DNA of 64,000 nt, taken from NCBI GenBank assembly GCA_963804995.1, contig CAWDSK010000002.1, positions 448,001-512,000 on the forward strand, written 5' to 3'. The position numbers were made by a program, and so were the translations under genes. Of the stretch, positions 10,113-20,301 are shown in pieces. Each line of letters opens with the position of its first letter. The first letter of the stretch is position 1. This stretch comes from an uncultured Acidobacteriota bacterium. Its GTDB lineage: Bacteria > Acidobacteriota > Terriglobia > UBA7540. The notes below the pieces were generated by a model. That model was not told the DNA's origin and ran no database searches. It saw nothing but the letters and a program-made list of their open reading frames with translations.

Positions 10113-11015
10113 ATGTCACTTCGCCCCATTAAACGCGTCGTTAAAGCCAAACCCACTCTCGAAGGCGCAGGCGTGCATCTGCGTCGCGCCTTCGGCTTCG
10201 GCAATACATCCGACTTCGACCCCTTCCTCCTTCTTGACGACTTTCGCAATGACATTCCAGATGATTATCTGGCGGGCTTCCCGTGGCATCCCCATCGCGG
10301 GATTGAAACCATCACCTACGTCCTGGCCGGGACCGTGGAGCATGGCGACAGTATGGGGAACCAGGGCGCCATCGCTGCCGGCGACGTGCAATGGATGACG
10401 GCGGGCAGCGGCATCATCCACCAGGAGATGCCCAAGGGCGACGCGGCGGGCCGGATGCATGGATTTCAGTTGTGGGCGAACTTGCCGTCCGCGCTCAAGA
10501 TGACCGATCCGCGTTACCAGGAGGTGAAAGCGGTCGATATCCCTGAGGTCAAGGATGACAACGGGACGCGGGTGCGCATCGTGTGCGGAAAGTTTTGGGG
10601 AAAAACCGGCCCAGTGGACGGCATCGCGGCTGATCCGATCTACCTTGACGTGTCGGTTCCGCCGGGCAAGAGGAAGACCCTCCCTATCGAGACCACTCGC
10701 CACGCCTTCGCCTACGTTTTCTCCGGGGCGGGTAAGTTCTGCAACGCGTCGGGTCCCTTGGCGGTGCCGACCGAAGCGGTGGGCTGGGCTGATACGGCAC
10801 CTCCCGCCGAAGCTGACAATCGCTCGTTGATCCTCTTTGACCGCGGCGATGAACTGATGGTCCAGGCCGGGGACGACGGCATCCGGTTCCTGCTGGTCTC
10901 GGGCAAGCCGCTGGAGGAGCCTGTGGCGTGGTACGGTCCGATCGTGATGAATACGCAGGAGCAGCTCCGGCAGGCCTTCCAGGAACTCCAGGAAGGTACG
11001 TTCCTTAAGCGGTGA
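10113..11015 (+). CDS. Pirin family protein
   Basis: DPFLLLD, HPHRGIETITY, WMTAGSGIIHQE, GPIVMN. Confidence 0.95.
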   Translation: MSLRPIKRVVKAKPTLEGAGVHLRRAFGFGNTSDFDPFLLLDDFRNDIPDDYLAGFPWHPHRGIETITYVLAGTVEHGDSMGNQGAIAAGDVQWMTAGSGIIHQEMPKGDAAGRMHGFQLWANLPSALKMTDPRYQEVKAVDIPEVKDDNGTRVRIVCGKFWGKTGPVDGIAADPIYLDVSVPPGKRKTLPIETTRHAFAYVFSGAGKFCNASGPLAVPTEAVGWADTAPPAEADNRSLILFDRGDELMVQAGDDGIRFLLVSGKPLEEPVAWYGPIVMNTQEQLRQAFQELQEGTFLKR

Positions 11016-11165
11016 ACTGGATGCTTTTTGTAGAGGCCGGCTTCAAGGCGGCAAATGGCTTTCAACAGACCATGCCCGCCTGACCTGTCCCGATGTTCTG
11101 GATCGGGAAGGCGGCCTCACTATTAGTTGAACGCGTACTTCTTCCAACTACTTTCCCTGGCAACT

Positions 11166-12101
11166 ATGGACAAGCCATCGTTTGACCCCGGCTTCACGGA
11201 AAAATATCGCGGCGACTTGCGGCGCATCATCAACCCCAGCGGGCAATTCAATGTTCGCCGGCGCGGAACCACCTGGCGCGACATCCATCCTTATCTTTTC
11301 ATGATCAACGCCTCGTGGCCGGTTTTCTCGGCGCTGATTTTTGCCGGATACGTCATCGCCAACGTGACCTTTGCCTTGATCTACTTGAAGATTGGCGTCG
11401 AGCACCTCCAGGGCGCGGACACCAGCACGGTGCTCGGCCGCTTTATGAGCGCCTTCTTTTTTAGCGCGCAAACCTTTACGACGGTGGGGTACGGCCACCT
11501 CTCTCCGGACGGCGCTCTGGCCAACTTGGTCGCGTCGCTTCAGGCCCTTCTGGGATTGATGGCGTTGGCCATTGCCACGGGTCTGCTCTTTGGGCGATTC
11601 TCGCGGCCTGCGGCGCGCCTGGCCTTCAGCAAACAGATGGTGGTGGCGCCCTATCAGTCCGGAACCAGCCTGCAATTCCGCCTCGCCAACCGGCGCAGCA
11701 ACAATCTGATGGAAATTGAAGCACGCATCCTCCTGATGACCGTGGAACCCTCAAATGGCGGTCGGCAGCGCAAGTACAAGTCTCTCGCGCTCGAACGCTC
11801 CAACGTCCAGTTCCTGCCGCTCACCTGGACAGTGGTTCATCCCATCGACGAAGCCAGCCCGCTCTGGCGCCAAACGGCCGAAGACCTGGCCAGGCAGCAG
11901 GCCGAGTTTCTGATTCTGATTAAGGCCTTCGACGACACCTTTTTCCAGACGGTGCACGTTCGCCACTCCTACCGCCACGAGGAGATGGTCTGGGGAGCCC
12001 GCTTCGTCCCCGCTTTTGACGCCGACGAGCGAGGCGAAATGGTTCTCGACCTCAAGCGGCTCAGCGAAATCGCTCCCACCGAAAAAGCCCTTAAGGCGTG
12101 A
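11166..12101 (+). CDS. Inward-rectifier potassium channel (KirBac-like)
   Basis: Filter FFSAQTFTTVGYG, two TM helices, cytoplasmic LTWTVVHPIDEASPL. Confidence 0.9.
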   Translation: MDKPSFDPGFTEKYRGDLRRIINPSGQFNVRRRGTTWRDIHPYLFMINASWPVFSALIFAGYVIANVTFALIYLKIGVEHLQGADTSTVLGRFMSAFFFSAQTFTTVGYGHLSPDGALANLVASLQALLGLMALAIATGLLFGRFSRPAARLAFSKQMVVAPYQSGTSLQFRLANRRSNNLMEIEARILLMTVEPSNGGRQRKYKSLALERSNVQFLPLTWTVVHPIDEASPLWRQTAEDLARQQAEFLILIKAFDDTFFQTVHVRHSYRHEEMVWGARFVPAFDADERGEMVLDLKRLSEIAPTEKALKA

Positions 12102-12196
12102 TTGGTGCGGCTGCTGTGGCAGTGCGCCTCCCCGGTCCCTGCAACATTCGTGCAGTTTGGATTGGCGTCTTTCTCAGATCATCTTTCGGGATTACA

Positions 12197-12306
12197 AACC
12201 ACCCCGTCGCCAGGGGCGCCACCCCTCCTAAACTTAGGAGGGGAGTTCCTCACAATGCTCCTCTCCTGATTCAGGAGGGGTGGCGCACCGAGCGCCAGGG
12301 TGATCA
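12197..12306. repeat. Intergenic nested palindromic element
   Basis: Hairpins CCCCTCCTAAACTTAGGAGGGG and CTCTCCTGATTCAGGAGGGG inside the GCGCCACCCCTCCT / AGGAGGGGTGGCGC inverted pair. Confidence 0.7.
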
Positions 12307-12425
12307 CCCACTCAACCGAAATGACACCACTAGTTAGCCGCCGTTGCTTTGCGCTGCGGCTCATAGTAGAGTTGCAACTTCAGACAGGGCTCCTCATTCA
12401 CCATATCCCGGCAAGGAGTTTGGCC

Positions 12426-13445
12426 ATGGGCATACCCCATTCTTCCCTTCGGGCTATGATTGCCGGCGCGACGCTGCTCGTCTGTACCACCTTTACCGCT
12501 CCCTCGCCGGGTCTTGCCGACCAGAGCGTTACCCTCAAGGGTCAGATTACGACCAAGGATGGTCAGGCCATTACTTCTGGTCTGACGGTTTCCCTGGAGA
12601 CAACCGGAGGGGAGATGATGGGAAACCGTCCTGCGGATGCTTTCGGGAATTACACATTTGAGGGGATCCCCGCTGGCAGGTATCAGTTAACGGTTACGTC
12701 TGACAAATTCCAGATCTTCCAGCAATCCCTGGACCTCACCTTCCGCGATCAGACGTACTCGGTCAATGTCATCCTCACCCCCAACAACAAATCTGAGGTC
12801 AAGGTACCGCCGGCGCTGACGGATGATGCAGCGCCTAAAGCCGTCCGCAAGGAATTTGAAAAAGGGGAGCACGCCCTGGAGGCGAACAACCTGCCGGAGG
12901 CTCGCCGCTACCTGGAAAAAGCTGTGGCGGACTACCCGTGTTACGCGCGGGCCCAGGATGCTCTGGCGCAAGTCGATCTTCACGAGCGCAAATTGGATAC
13001 CGCCGAGGCCTGTTTCAAAAAGGCCATTCAATGCGACGGGAGCTTTCTGGATTCCTTTTCTGAACTCGCCCAGCTCTACATCGTCGAGAAGAAGTTTAAC
13101 GAGAGTGAGAGCACTCTGAATGAAGGCCTGCGGCTCTCGCCGAAGGCCTGGCTTTTCCGTTATCAGATGGGACTGGTTCATTACGGAATGCAAAAATATC
13201 CGGAGGCCGTCGAGGACTATCTCCAGGCGCGGTCCCTCCATGCTGAGGTGCCCGCGGAGTTTCATATCAAGCTCGGCAATGCTTACCTTAAGACCAGCGC
13301 CTATGACAAGGCTTTGGCGGAATTTGATACTTATCTGCGTATCGAGCCGAATGGGAAATTCGCCCCCGGTGCCCGTAAGATGTCCGACATGATGCACAAG
13401 GACGGCATAACCGCTGCCACCACGTCCCCCGCTCCCAAGCCTTAG
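12426..13445 (+). CDS. Secreted carboxypeptidase-regulatory-like domain + TPR protein
   Basis: Signal peptide, beta-sandwich GNYTFEGIPAGRYQLTV, C-terminal TPR helices. Confidence 0.8.
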   Translation: MGIPHSSLRAMIAGATLLVCTTFTAPSPGLADQSVTLKGQITTKDGQAITSGLTVSLETTGGEMMGNRPADAFGNYTFEGIPAGRYQLTVTSDKFQIFQQSLDLTFRDQTYSVNVILTPNNKSEVKVPPALTDDAAPKAVRKEFEKGEHALEANNLPEARRYLEKAVADYPCYARAQDALAQVDLHERKLDTAEACFKKAIQCDGSFLDSFSELAQLYIVEKKFNESESTLNEGLRLSPKAWLFRYQMGLVHYGMQKYPEAVEDYLQARSLHAEVPAEFHIKLGNAYLKTSAYDKALAEFDTYLRIEPNGKFAPGARKMSDMMHKDGITAATTSPAPKP

Positions 13446-13453
13446 GAATATCC

Positions 13454-13563
13454 GGTAGTGGTGCAGTTTGATCTTGTAGCGGCGAGTTTACCTCGCCATC
13501 TGGCGGCGTCCCGATCAGATCGGGATGAATGCCGCCGCCTCTACATCAAACTGCACCAGTACC
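13454..13563. repeat. GTAG-REP/MITE family A, most complete copy
   Basis: Terminal IR GGTAGTGGTGCAGTTTGAT...ATCAAACTGCACCAGTACC; core GTAGCGGCGAGTTTACCTCGCCA also at ~36960, ~46380 and inverted at ~51772-51852. Confidence 0.85.
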
Positions 13564-13678
13564 GAACATCCCGGTGCTTAACGAAAAGCCGTGAAGTGTA
13601 TAATGCTGCGTCGAACCATGTGCGGATCTGCGCGGGTACAAAAACCAGCAAGGACCGCCAAACCAAAGGACAAAACTC

Positions 13679-15791
13679 ATGCCTAAGAAACCGACAACGA
13701 TAACCCTTCTGTTCATGTGCGCAGCTTTTCTCGGGCCCTTGTCTCTTCCGGCTCAAGGGCCCACCGAGGATCCGGTTTTGCAGTGGATGGACCAGATCGC
13801 GCAGCGGGAACTCGATCAACGGGATCTCGCCATTGGGAAGATTCACACTTTGGCTGAGGCGCAAAGCCGCCAAAAATGGGTGCGTGAAAAACTCCTCGAA
13901 GTTGATTGGCGGTCTGCCGGACTACAAGGGGCCGCTGAATGCCAAAATCACCGGGCACATCCAGGCGGAGGGCTACGTCATCGAGAAAGTGATTTTTGAG
14001 AGCCTGCCGGGCATCTTCGTCACGGGAAATGTTTACCGGCCCAATCAACCCGGCCATTATCCGGCAGTGCTGTTCCAGGCCGGGCACACGCAGGAGGGAA
14101 AGGCTGAGCCGCAATTCGCCGCTGCCAATCTGGCTCTCAAGGGTTTCGTGGTGCTGTGCTTTGATCCCATCGGGCAGGGTGAAAGATTGCAATCCTACGA
14201 CCGCCAACTGGGCCGGTCGGCGTCGGATTACGGCGGGTCCGGCAACGACCACGTGCAGGTGAGCGCCCAGGCCGTGCTCATCGGCCAGGGTGGGGCGCGC
14301 TACTTCATTTGGGATTCCATCCGCGCCCTCAACTATCTGGTGGGCCGGCCGGATGTGGACGCGAACCGCGTGGGAGCCCTGGGATGCTCGGGCGGCGGGT
14401 CATCGACAACCTTCATCGCCGCCCTGGACCGCCGAATCAAAGCGGCCGCGCCCGCCTGCTTTACCAATTCCTATCGCCTGTTGTTTGCAGGCCCTGACCC
14501 TGATCCGGAGATGGAGTTCCCCAGATTCCTCTCCAGTGGTTTGGATCATGCCGATTTCGCGGAGTTGGCCGCCCCCACGCCCTGGCTCATCATGGCGACC
14601 GAGCATGACTATTACTTGCCCGAAGGCGCGAAGCTTGTCTATGACGAAGCTCGAAAATGGTACAAGTTGTTCGGCGCCGAGGACAACGTGCGCTTTTTCG
14701 TGGGCTCGGGGCAACACGGCACTCCTCCGGAATCTCGCGAGGCCATGTATGAATGGATGATCCGCTGGCTTAAAGACGGCAAAGGCGATTTTCTCGAGCA
14801 CCATGTTAAGCAGTACAACAACCACGAACTTCAGGTAACCCGCACCGGCCAGGTTGAGGATGAACCGAACAGCCGGAAAGTGTATCAAGCGATCCTCGAT
14901 GAGTATCATGCCAGGAAGCGGCCCGGATCCCTCGATGAACTCCAGGCCGAATTGCGCCGACTGCAAATCCCCTCGGATGGCTCCGCACCTCCCACCAAAG
15001 TCCTGGACGTGAAGAATTCCTTCGAGGGGCAAGTCGAGAGCATTCAGTACGAAAGTGAACCCGGAATCGAAATCAAGGGCAAGCTCTACATCCCCAACCT
15101 CCCAGAGGGACGGAAGCCTGCGGTGCTTCTGGTAGCGGATCGGACGGGCAACCGGTGGATCATGTCCAGCACCCAGTTCGCGGAGAAGCTGGAGAAGTCC
15201 GGATACGTGGTGCTGGAGATGGACCCGCGCGACTCACCCTTTCCCCTGGAGCCTTACAGCTCTGCGACCTCCGCCGCGGCCGCGGCAGCCCGGGCCCAAC
15301 AGTCATTCGTCGGCAATTGGCTGGCTGACACGCGGGCGGATCTGATTGGGCGCAACCTGCCCGCCCTGCGGGCGCACGATATCGTGAGAGGGGTTGATGT
15401 GCTCGCCGCGCGCAGTGACGTTGACCCGGCCTCGATTCGCGCCACGGCCCGCGGTATACCGGGATTCTGGCTGTTGTTGGCTGCCGCGGCGGACCCGCGC
15501 ATCGTCAAGCTCTGGTTGGATCATACTCCTTACAATCTGCGGTCAGCGCTTGAGAACTCCATAAACATTCACTTGTATGATGTGGCCATCAGCGGCTTTG
15601 CGCTGCATTGGGACGTGGAGGACCTGATGAAGGCCATGGGGAACCACTCGGTCGTCTGGAGTGACGCGACGAATTGGAATGGCCAGATTGCTTATATCGG
15701 CCCGCCCGACCACTACCGGTGGGTCCTCGGCGATAACAACGATATCCGCGATGAGATGGACCAGCCGTATATCGATGAGTTTCTCAAGTGA
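13679..15791 (+). CDS. Secreted alpha/beta hydrolase (acetylxylan esterase-like), +1 frameshift near 13900, probably a sequencing error
   Basis: Signal peptide ORF 13679 joins ORF 13833 at KLLE/LIGGLPDY; nucleophile elbow GCSGGG. Confidence 0.8.
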
Positions 15792-15870
15792 TGCGGGCTC
15801 GCGCCGGTCGCGGTGATTTCTCACCAGGCCGCGATCATCTCATCGAGCGTCTGAAAGGGATTGAATTCAT

Positions 15871-15947
15871 AGCCCTCGCCCCTTTGGGGGAGAGGGTGGA
15901 CCGCCGCCGGCGTTTTCATCAGCCGGGGCGGGACGGGTGAGGGGGTC
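15871..15947 (+). repeat. Short palindromic repeat family B core (CCCTCTCC...GGAGAGGG...GGGTGAGGGG)
   Basis: Near-identical to 16981-17053 and 55543-55613, and inverted at 55303-55373 and ~49420-49515. Confidence 0.85.
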
Positions 15948-16123
15948 GTCCAGGGACCCCTTGAGAAACTTGGAACCTGCACGCCACTCCACTCCTGAAA
16001 ACACAGGGCTGGACACGCACCGGATAATTTCGCAGAATACTCCCGGGCCTCGTAGCCGTTGCCCTAGTGGTCTGGCATTTGGGATGGTGTAACTTGGGAA
16101 CTTCGCAGCCGCCGATAAGGGAA

Positions 16124-16840
16124 ATGGTTTCAGTCGCCGAGTACGTCGAGAGCAACTTTGTTCCGCTGTCGCACCTCGCGCATGAGTGGGAATACCACGC
16201 CGGACTTACCCTGAGCCCCGCGGAAGAGCGCACCATGGTACGTGAGCCGGCGCAGGCCGTGCCCGCCGCCATGGCCGAGCGTCTCGGCAAGGTGCGGGTG
16301 TTGGCGGTCCCTTACATCGCCTGCCTGGAATCCGGTGACATCATCACCCGGTTGAAGCCCAAAGGCGAGGCGCACACCGCCGCCTGGGTGGAAACCGAGG
16401 GCCGGATCAACGTCCTGCTCGCCTGCCGGGAGCTTGATGCGCATGACACGGGGTTCGAATTCCTGGGCAGCGTGGCGGAGTTGCTGCGGCCGCGCCTGAC
16501 CGGTTCGGAATTGGCCGCTTACAACCGCCTGCTGGAGGAAGAAATCCGCACCGGGGTGCGCGGCGAAATTGATGAGGATGCTTTGAACGCCAAACAGGCC
16601 TACCTGGCCAGCCGCACGGCGCGCCGGCATCGCCCCCAATTCGACCAGTACCGCGATATCTCTTTCGTAAGCACCGCCGCCGAGTATATTCACGGCTTGT
16701 GGCACGACGTGCAGATTCGAGTGGGCCCGGAGCACCTTCCCGTGGCCCAATTGCGGCGGCGCATGGACCTGCTGGCCGAACAGTTCCCCCCCAACCCCGG
16801 CTACCACGTGTTTGACGAGGCCATCGAAAAGACGGAGTAG
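16124..16840 (+). CDS. Hypothetical protein
   Basis: 238-aa ORF with host-like codon usage and RBS-like AAGGGA; no family recognised. Confidence 0.7.
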   Translation: MVSVAEYVESNFVPLSHLAHEWEYHAGLTLSPAEERTMVREPAQAVPAAMAERLGKVRVLAVPYIACLESGDIITRLKPKGEAHTAAWVETEGRINVLLACRELDAHDTGFEFLGSVAELLRPRLTGSELAAYNRLLEEEIRTGVRGEIDEDALNAKQAYLASRTARRHRPQFDQYRDISFVSTAAEYIHGLWHDVQIRVGPEHLPVAQLRRRMDLLAEQFPPNPGYHVFDEAIEKTE

Positions 16841-16847
16841 TCACCGC

Positions 16848-17108
16848 GTAGCGCTGACCTTATGGTTTTTTTTATAAGTTGTAAATTGTTCTGACGGCCC
16901 GTCCGTGGAGGTAACCCCTCATCCGTCCTCCTACGTCGGCCACCTTCTCCCCTGGGAGAAGGCAGGGACTTACGGTCCCTAGCCCTCTCCGAGGGGAGAG
17001 GGTGGACCGCAGCCGGCGTCTTCATCAGCCGGGGCGGGACGGGTGAGGGGTCACGTGGGCGTTTGAGAATTCTACAAGTTAAAAATTCAAAAACCTTCAG
17101 GTCAGCAC
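16848..17108 (+). mobile_element. MITE/REPIN-like element (family B long form), copy 1
   Basis: Ends GTAGCGCTGACCTTATGGTTTTT...AAAAACCTTCAGGTCAGCAC; inverted near-identical copy at 49364-49653. Confidence 0.85.
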
Positions 17109-17157
17109 AAATTCGAACCACCCCGCACCGTAAAAAGCTACAAAGAATAGCGGCCAT

Positions 17158-17229
17158 CACCGCAGAGGCGCGGAGACGCAGAAAGCGCCCGTTGGTCTTT
17201 AACTCTGCGTCTCCGCGCCTCTGCGGTGA
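17158..17229. repeat. Long inverted repeat CACCGCAGAGGCGCGGAGACGCAGA / TCTGCGTCTCCGCGCCTCTGCGGTG
   Basis: Perfect 25-bp arms; half copies at ~22529 and ~31128. Confidence 0.8.
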
Positions 17230-17320
17230 GGAGCCGGTAGCGCAAAGGTAGGCGCAGTTTGCTTTCCTTTGCGCCTCGTAGAATCGGAAATTCAACGTCT
17301 TCAATGCCGGGCAATGAGAA
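17230..17320 (+). repeat. 91-bp repeat C (left flank), second copy at 22706-22796
   Basis: Direct comparison shows a handful of substitutions; contains GTAGCGCAAA...TTTGCG hairpin. Confidence 0.85.
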
Positions 17321-17326
17321 AACGCT

Positions 17327-17542
17327 TCAGGCTACCTCAACCGCGTCATGATGAAGAACCATTAGTTGGTCAGAGCGTAAGGCGAGCGTGGCGTAGGTGT
17401 GTCCTTCATTGTCGCAGAATTCGACCTCGAATACGCCGGGCGCCAGCGGTTCCACCACGGTTCCCACTTGGCCACGCCGCAAGCCGCGCTCCAGCTTGTC
17501 TTCCAAAAGTGCGACCACGGCAAAGGGCTTTACATTTTCCAT
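17327..17542 (-). CDS. DUF4926 domain protein
   Basis: VVALLED...GLRRGQVGTVVE......FEVEFCD..G.TYA pattern. Confidence 0.85.
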   Translation of the reverse strand: MENVKPFAVVALLEDKLERGLRRGQVGTVVEPLAPGVFEVEFCDNEGHTYATLALRSDQLMVLHHDAVEVA

Positions 17543-17690
17543 GTTGGTCTCACTCACAATACATAGCAACTGGTCAGGCGGGGGAAATTCTCTCCGTGCA
17601 GGATGATCCAACTGCTCCTTTCAACAAGAATTTTATCCCATTTGCGGTATTACGAAAATAAGAAGGCCCGATCGTTCGGCGCCAGCCCTA

Positions 17691-17752
17691 CGCACTTGTA
17701 CGGGTCCGCCGTTATAGAACCATGTGGCGCCCACTTGACGGGAAGGCGACTT
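17691..17752 (+). repeat. 62-bp repeat D (right flank), second copy at 22923-22984
   Basis: CGCACTTGTAC...GACGGGAAGGCGACTT present in both copies. Confidence 0.75.
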
Positions 17753-17948
17753 TTCAGTCCGGATCCCCAGTAGCGGCGGAACCTCCTGCATGGCAGCAAC
17801 TTGCAGTGAGACGAGCGAATAGATTCTTCGGCGACCTTACGACAGTATTTCCCGAGTGCGCGACGAGAGTTGAGCGACATCGCTCTACCCTACGCGATCA
17901 ATTCCGCGAGTGCTGTACCAGCACAAACTTCCTCGAAGCAAACTTCGA

Positions 17949-18971
17949 TTAATGACGCCCGCCGCCGCGCGATCCGCCGCCCGCTGGCTGCTGTTTCTGC
18001 TGCATCTTCTGCGTCTGCTGCGTGTGGGTTTGCTGCAATTTCTGCGTCTGTTGCTGGTGTCGCTGCTCCACCTGCTGCGTTCTTTCGGGAGCAGCATGTT
18101 GTTTCGTCAATTGCTGATGCTCATTTTCCTGCTTCTGCTGGAGTTTCTGCCGATCCTGGGTCTGCCTTGCGACCAGCTTTTCCTGTTGCTGCTGGTATTT
18201 CTGGTCCACCCTCGCGTTCCCTGTCTTGGAAGCAGCGGCATGTTCGACGGGCGGCAGTTCCCTGGGATGGACGGAAAGGTTGGGGTGAGCGGTCGCAGCA
18301 ACTGCCGGCATGCCGTGGTTCGCAGAAAACTTTTGCTGGGGGTTACTGCGGGCAGCGTACGTATGTTGAGTCTGAGCGCCTACAGGCCTGGCATGTGTCT
18401 CATGAGCAGCAGCCTCTTCCCGGGCGCTGGCGCGCGCGTTGATTCCGCCGTTACCGCCGTTGAAGCTGACGCGGTTCCTCTCGCCCTCGTTCACCCTGGT
18501 GTTGTAAACGTTGTGGAAGTTACGGTCGTCCACGCGATTATACGCCGTGTTGTAGAAAAAATGCCCGTGGTCCCAGCGTCCGCCTTCATAACCATTACCG
18601 AAGTAACCGAAGCCATAGTTGATCCCACCATAGAAACCTACGGACGGGCCCCAGTAGCCTTCATTGAAAAAATATCCGCCGTCGCCCCAACCCCAATAGC
18701 CTGGAGTCCAGAGGTACCCGACATCCGGAGGCTCCACCCATGTGCCCGGTACCCAATAGTACTCGCTGCCGTCCCAATCCCAGTATCCCGGCGTCCAGAT
18801 ATAGCCGTCGCCCGGGCAGATCGGTTGCTCATACTCGGGCAGCGGCGGCGGAGCTATGCCGACCCTCACTCCCACGGAGATTTGCGCGGAAGAAGGTAGC
18901 GGTATCGCCAGGTACACTGCGAGTACGAAAAATAGCGGCAGAATCACACGAATCATCTTTGTCGTTCGCAT
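17949..18971 (-). CDS. Secreted YXWGXW repeat protein with Gln-rich tail
   Basis: APPPLPEYEQPICPGDGYIWTPGYW, repeated WTPGYW/WVPGTW. Confidence 0.9.
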   Translation of the reverse strand: MRTTKMIRVILPLFFVLAVYLAIPLPSSAQISVGVRVGIAPPPLPEYEQPICPGDGYIWTPGYWDWDGSEYYWVPGTWVEPPDVGYLWTPGYWGWGDGGYFFNEGYWGPSVGFYGGINYGFGYFGNGYEGGRWDHGHFFYNTAYNRVDDRNFHNVYNTRVNEGERNRVSFNGGNGGINARASAREEAAAHETHARPVGAQTQHTYAARSNPQQKFSANHGMPAVAATAHPNLSVHPRELPPVEHAAASKTGNARVDQKYQQQQEKLVARQTQDRQKLQQKQENEHQQLTKQHAAPERTQQVEQRHQQQTQKLQQTHTQQTQKMQQKQQPAGGGSRGGGRH

Positions 18972-19407
18972 TTTGGTTCACCTCCTGAGGTTTTAATTCC
19001 CGCGCCATTCATGCGCGCGGATGCAGGGACTGCACGCCGGACATGCAAATCCCAGGTGTTCAGATCGTTGAGCATCCAGTCAGCCAGGAACTCCATTTTG
19101 ATTCCAAGGCAACTGAAGATCACGGAGAATCAGAATCTGCGACTAGGGTAATTGAGTCGAGAATAAGGTGTCTGTATAAAAGGGAACACCGCTACTCGTG
19201 TGCGCATCAGGCCGGAATTCGCGATTGGGGCCTGTGGCTCGCAGGAGGGGAGACTCATACCGACGGTGGTTACAGTATGCTATTCGCTCAGGATCACGCT
19301 CAAGAGGCCATTGTTAACCGTCAACCCGCCGTTGCCCGCGTAATCGATAAAGCCCAGCAACCGGAATTTGTTCATGAGCAGACGCACCATCAGCGCCTTC
19401 TCGATTC

Positions 19408-20074
19408 GGCAGGCTGGCGCAGAGCGAGCTCAGCTCTGCGATTCACCTCTCCGCCCATACCCGCCGATATAGATAATATGCCGATCTATGGACGCCATTT
19501 CGAGCCTGGCCAGTTGCAGTTCATCACCACCAGCACTTACCGCCGCAGCCGGCTCTTTACCTGTCAGCGCTTCTGCTGGACCTTCGTCGAGACTCTACGC
19601 CAACTCCGCCAGGAAACCAAATTCCTCCTGATCGGCTGGGTGTTAATGCCCGAGCACTTTCACCTGCTCATTAAACCCCAACCCGCCGAGCAAATCGTCC
19701 ACTTCATGCAGGAGCTGAAGAAGCGATCCGCGCAACAGATTATCGCCGCTCTTGCCAGGAATCAACACCAGCTCACCTGCCGCACCACGCTGGCCCGGTT
19801 GCAACTGCCCCCCACCGTCCACAGCGATTCGCACTATCGACTCTGGCAGAGGCGCTATGTCCCGTTTAACGTTTTCACGGAGAAAAAGCGCTTGGAGAAG
19901 CTCAACTACATGCATGGCAATCCGGTAAAGAGAAGGCTGGTGAGCTCTCCCGATCAATGGCCCTGGTCAAGCTTTCGATTCTATTATCTGAATGATTCGT
20001 CCGTCTTGAGCATGGACCGGATTACTTGATTCGCTCTAAATCGCAGGGCTGCGCTCGCCCTGCGCCAGCCCGCC
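19408..20074 (+). mobile_element. RAYT locus bounded by inverted REP hairpins
   Basis: 36-bp inverted flanks at 19408-19443 and 20039-20074 (32/36 identical). Confidence 0.8.
19478..20029 (+). CDS. REP-associated tyrosine (Y1/HUH) transposase
   Basis: FITTSTYRR, WVLMPEHFHLL (HUH), LWQRRY, YMHGNPV, WPWSS. Confidence 0.9.
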   Translation: MPIYGRHFEPGQLQFITTSTYRRSRLFTCQRFCWTFVETLRQLRQETKFLLIGWVLMPEHFHLLIKPQPAEQIVHFMQELKKRSAQQIIAALARNQHQLTCRTTLARLQLPPTVHSDSHYRLWQRRYVPFNVFTEKKRLEKLNYMHGNPVKRRLVSSPDQWPWSSFRFYYLNDSSVLSMDRIT

Positions 20075-20119
20075 ACGTGTTTACTGCATATGCTTTGATA
20101 AAACTCATCAACTCGGATG

Positions 20120-20279
20120 ACTCCGAGCGGGTAGCCACGGTCACCGCTTTTGTGACCGTGCGTCCTTCCTTCGATGCCGAACGCCCCCTGGATTGTCTCC
20201 GTGACTGCGGCCAGTAGCGATGGTCACACTGGGTATGAGAAAAGCCCACGGTCAAGAAATCATTGACCGTGGCTACCAC
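20120..20279. repeat. Inverted pair of GTAG-REP hairpins (REPIN-like)
   Basis: GGTAGCCACGGTCAC..GTGACCGTG and CACGGTCAA..TTGACCGTGGCTACC. Confidence 0.7.
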
Positions 20280-20301
20280 CGATCACCTGGACCGTTTTTC
20301 A

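Noticed and set aside
17910..18899. 329-aa Leu-rich plus-strand ORF
   Set aside because: Antisense shadow of the YXWGXW gene; the Leu runs mirror its Gln codons.
19043..19477. N-terminal extension of the RAYT ORF; similar extensions on ORFs 12300, 29994-30860, 49672-52059, 53502 and 57638
   Set aside because: These extensions run through repeats or non-coding-looking DNA; family homology starts at downstream ATGs.
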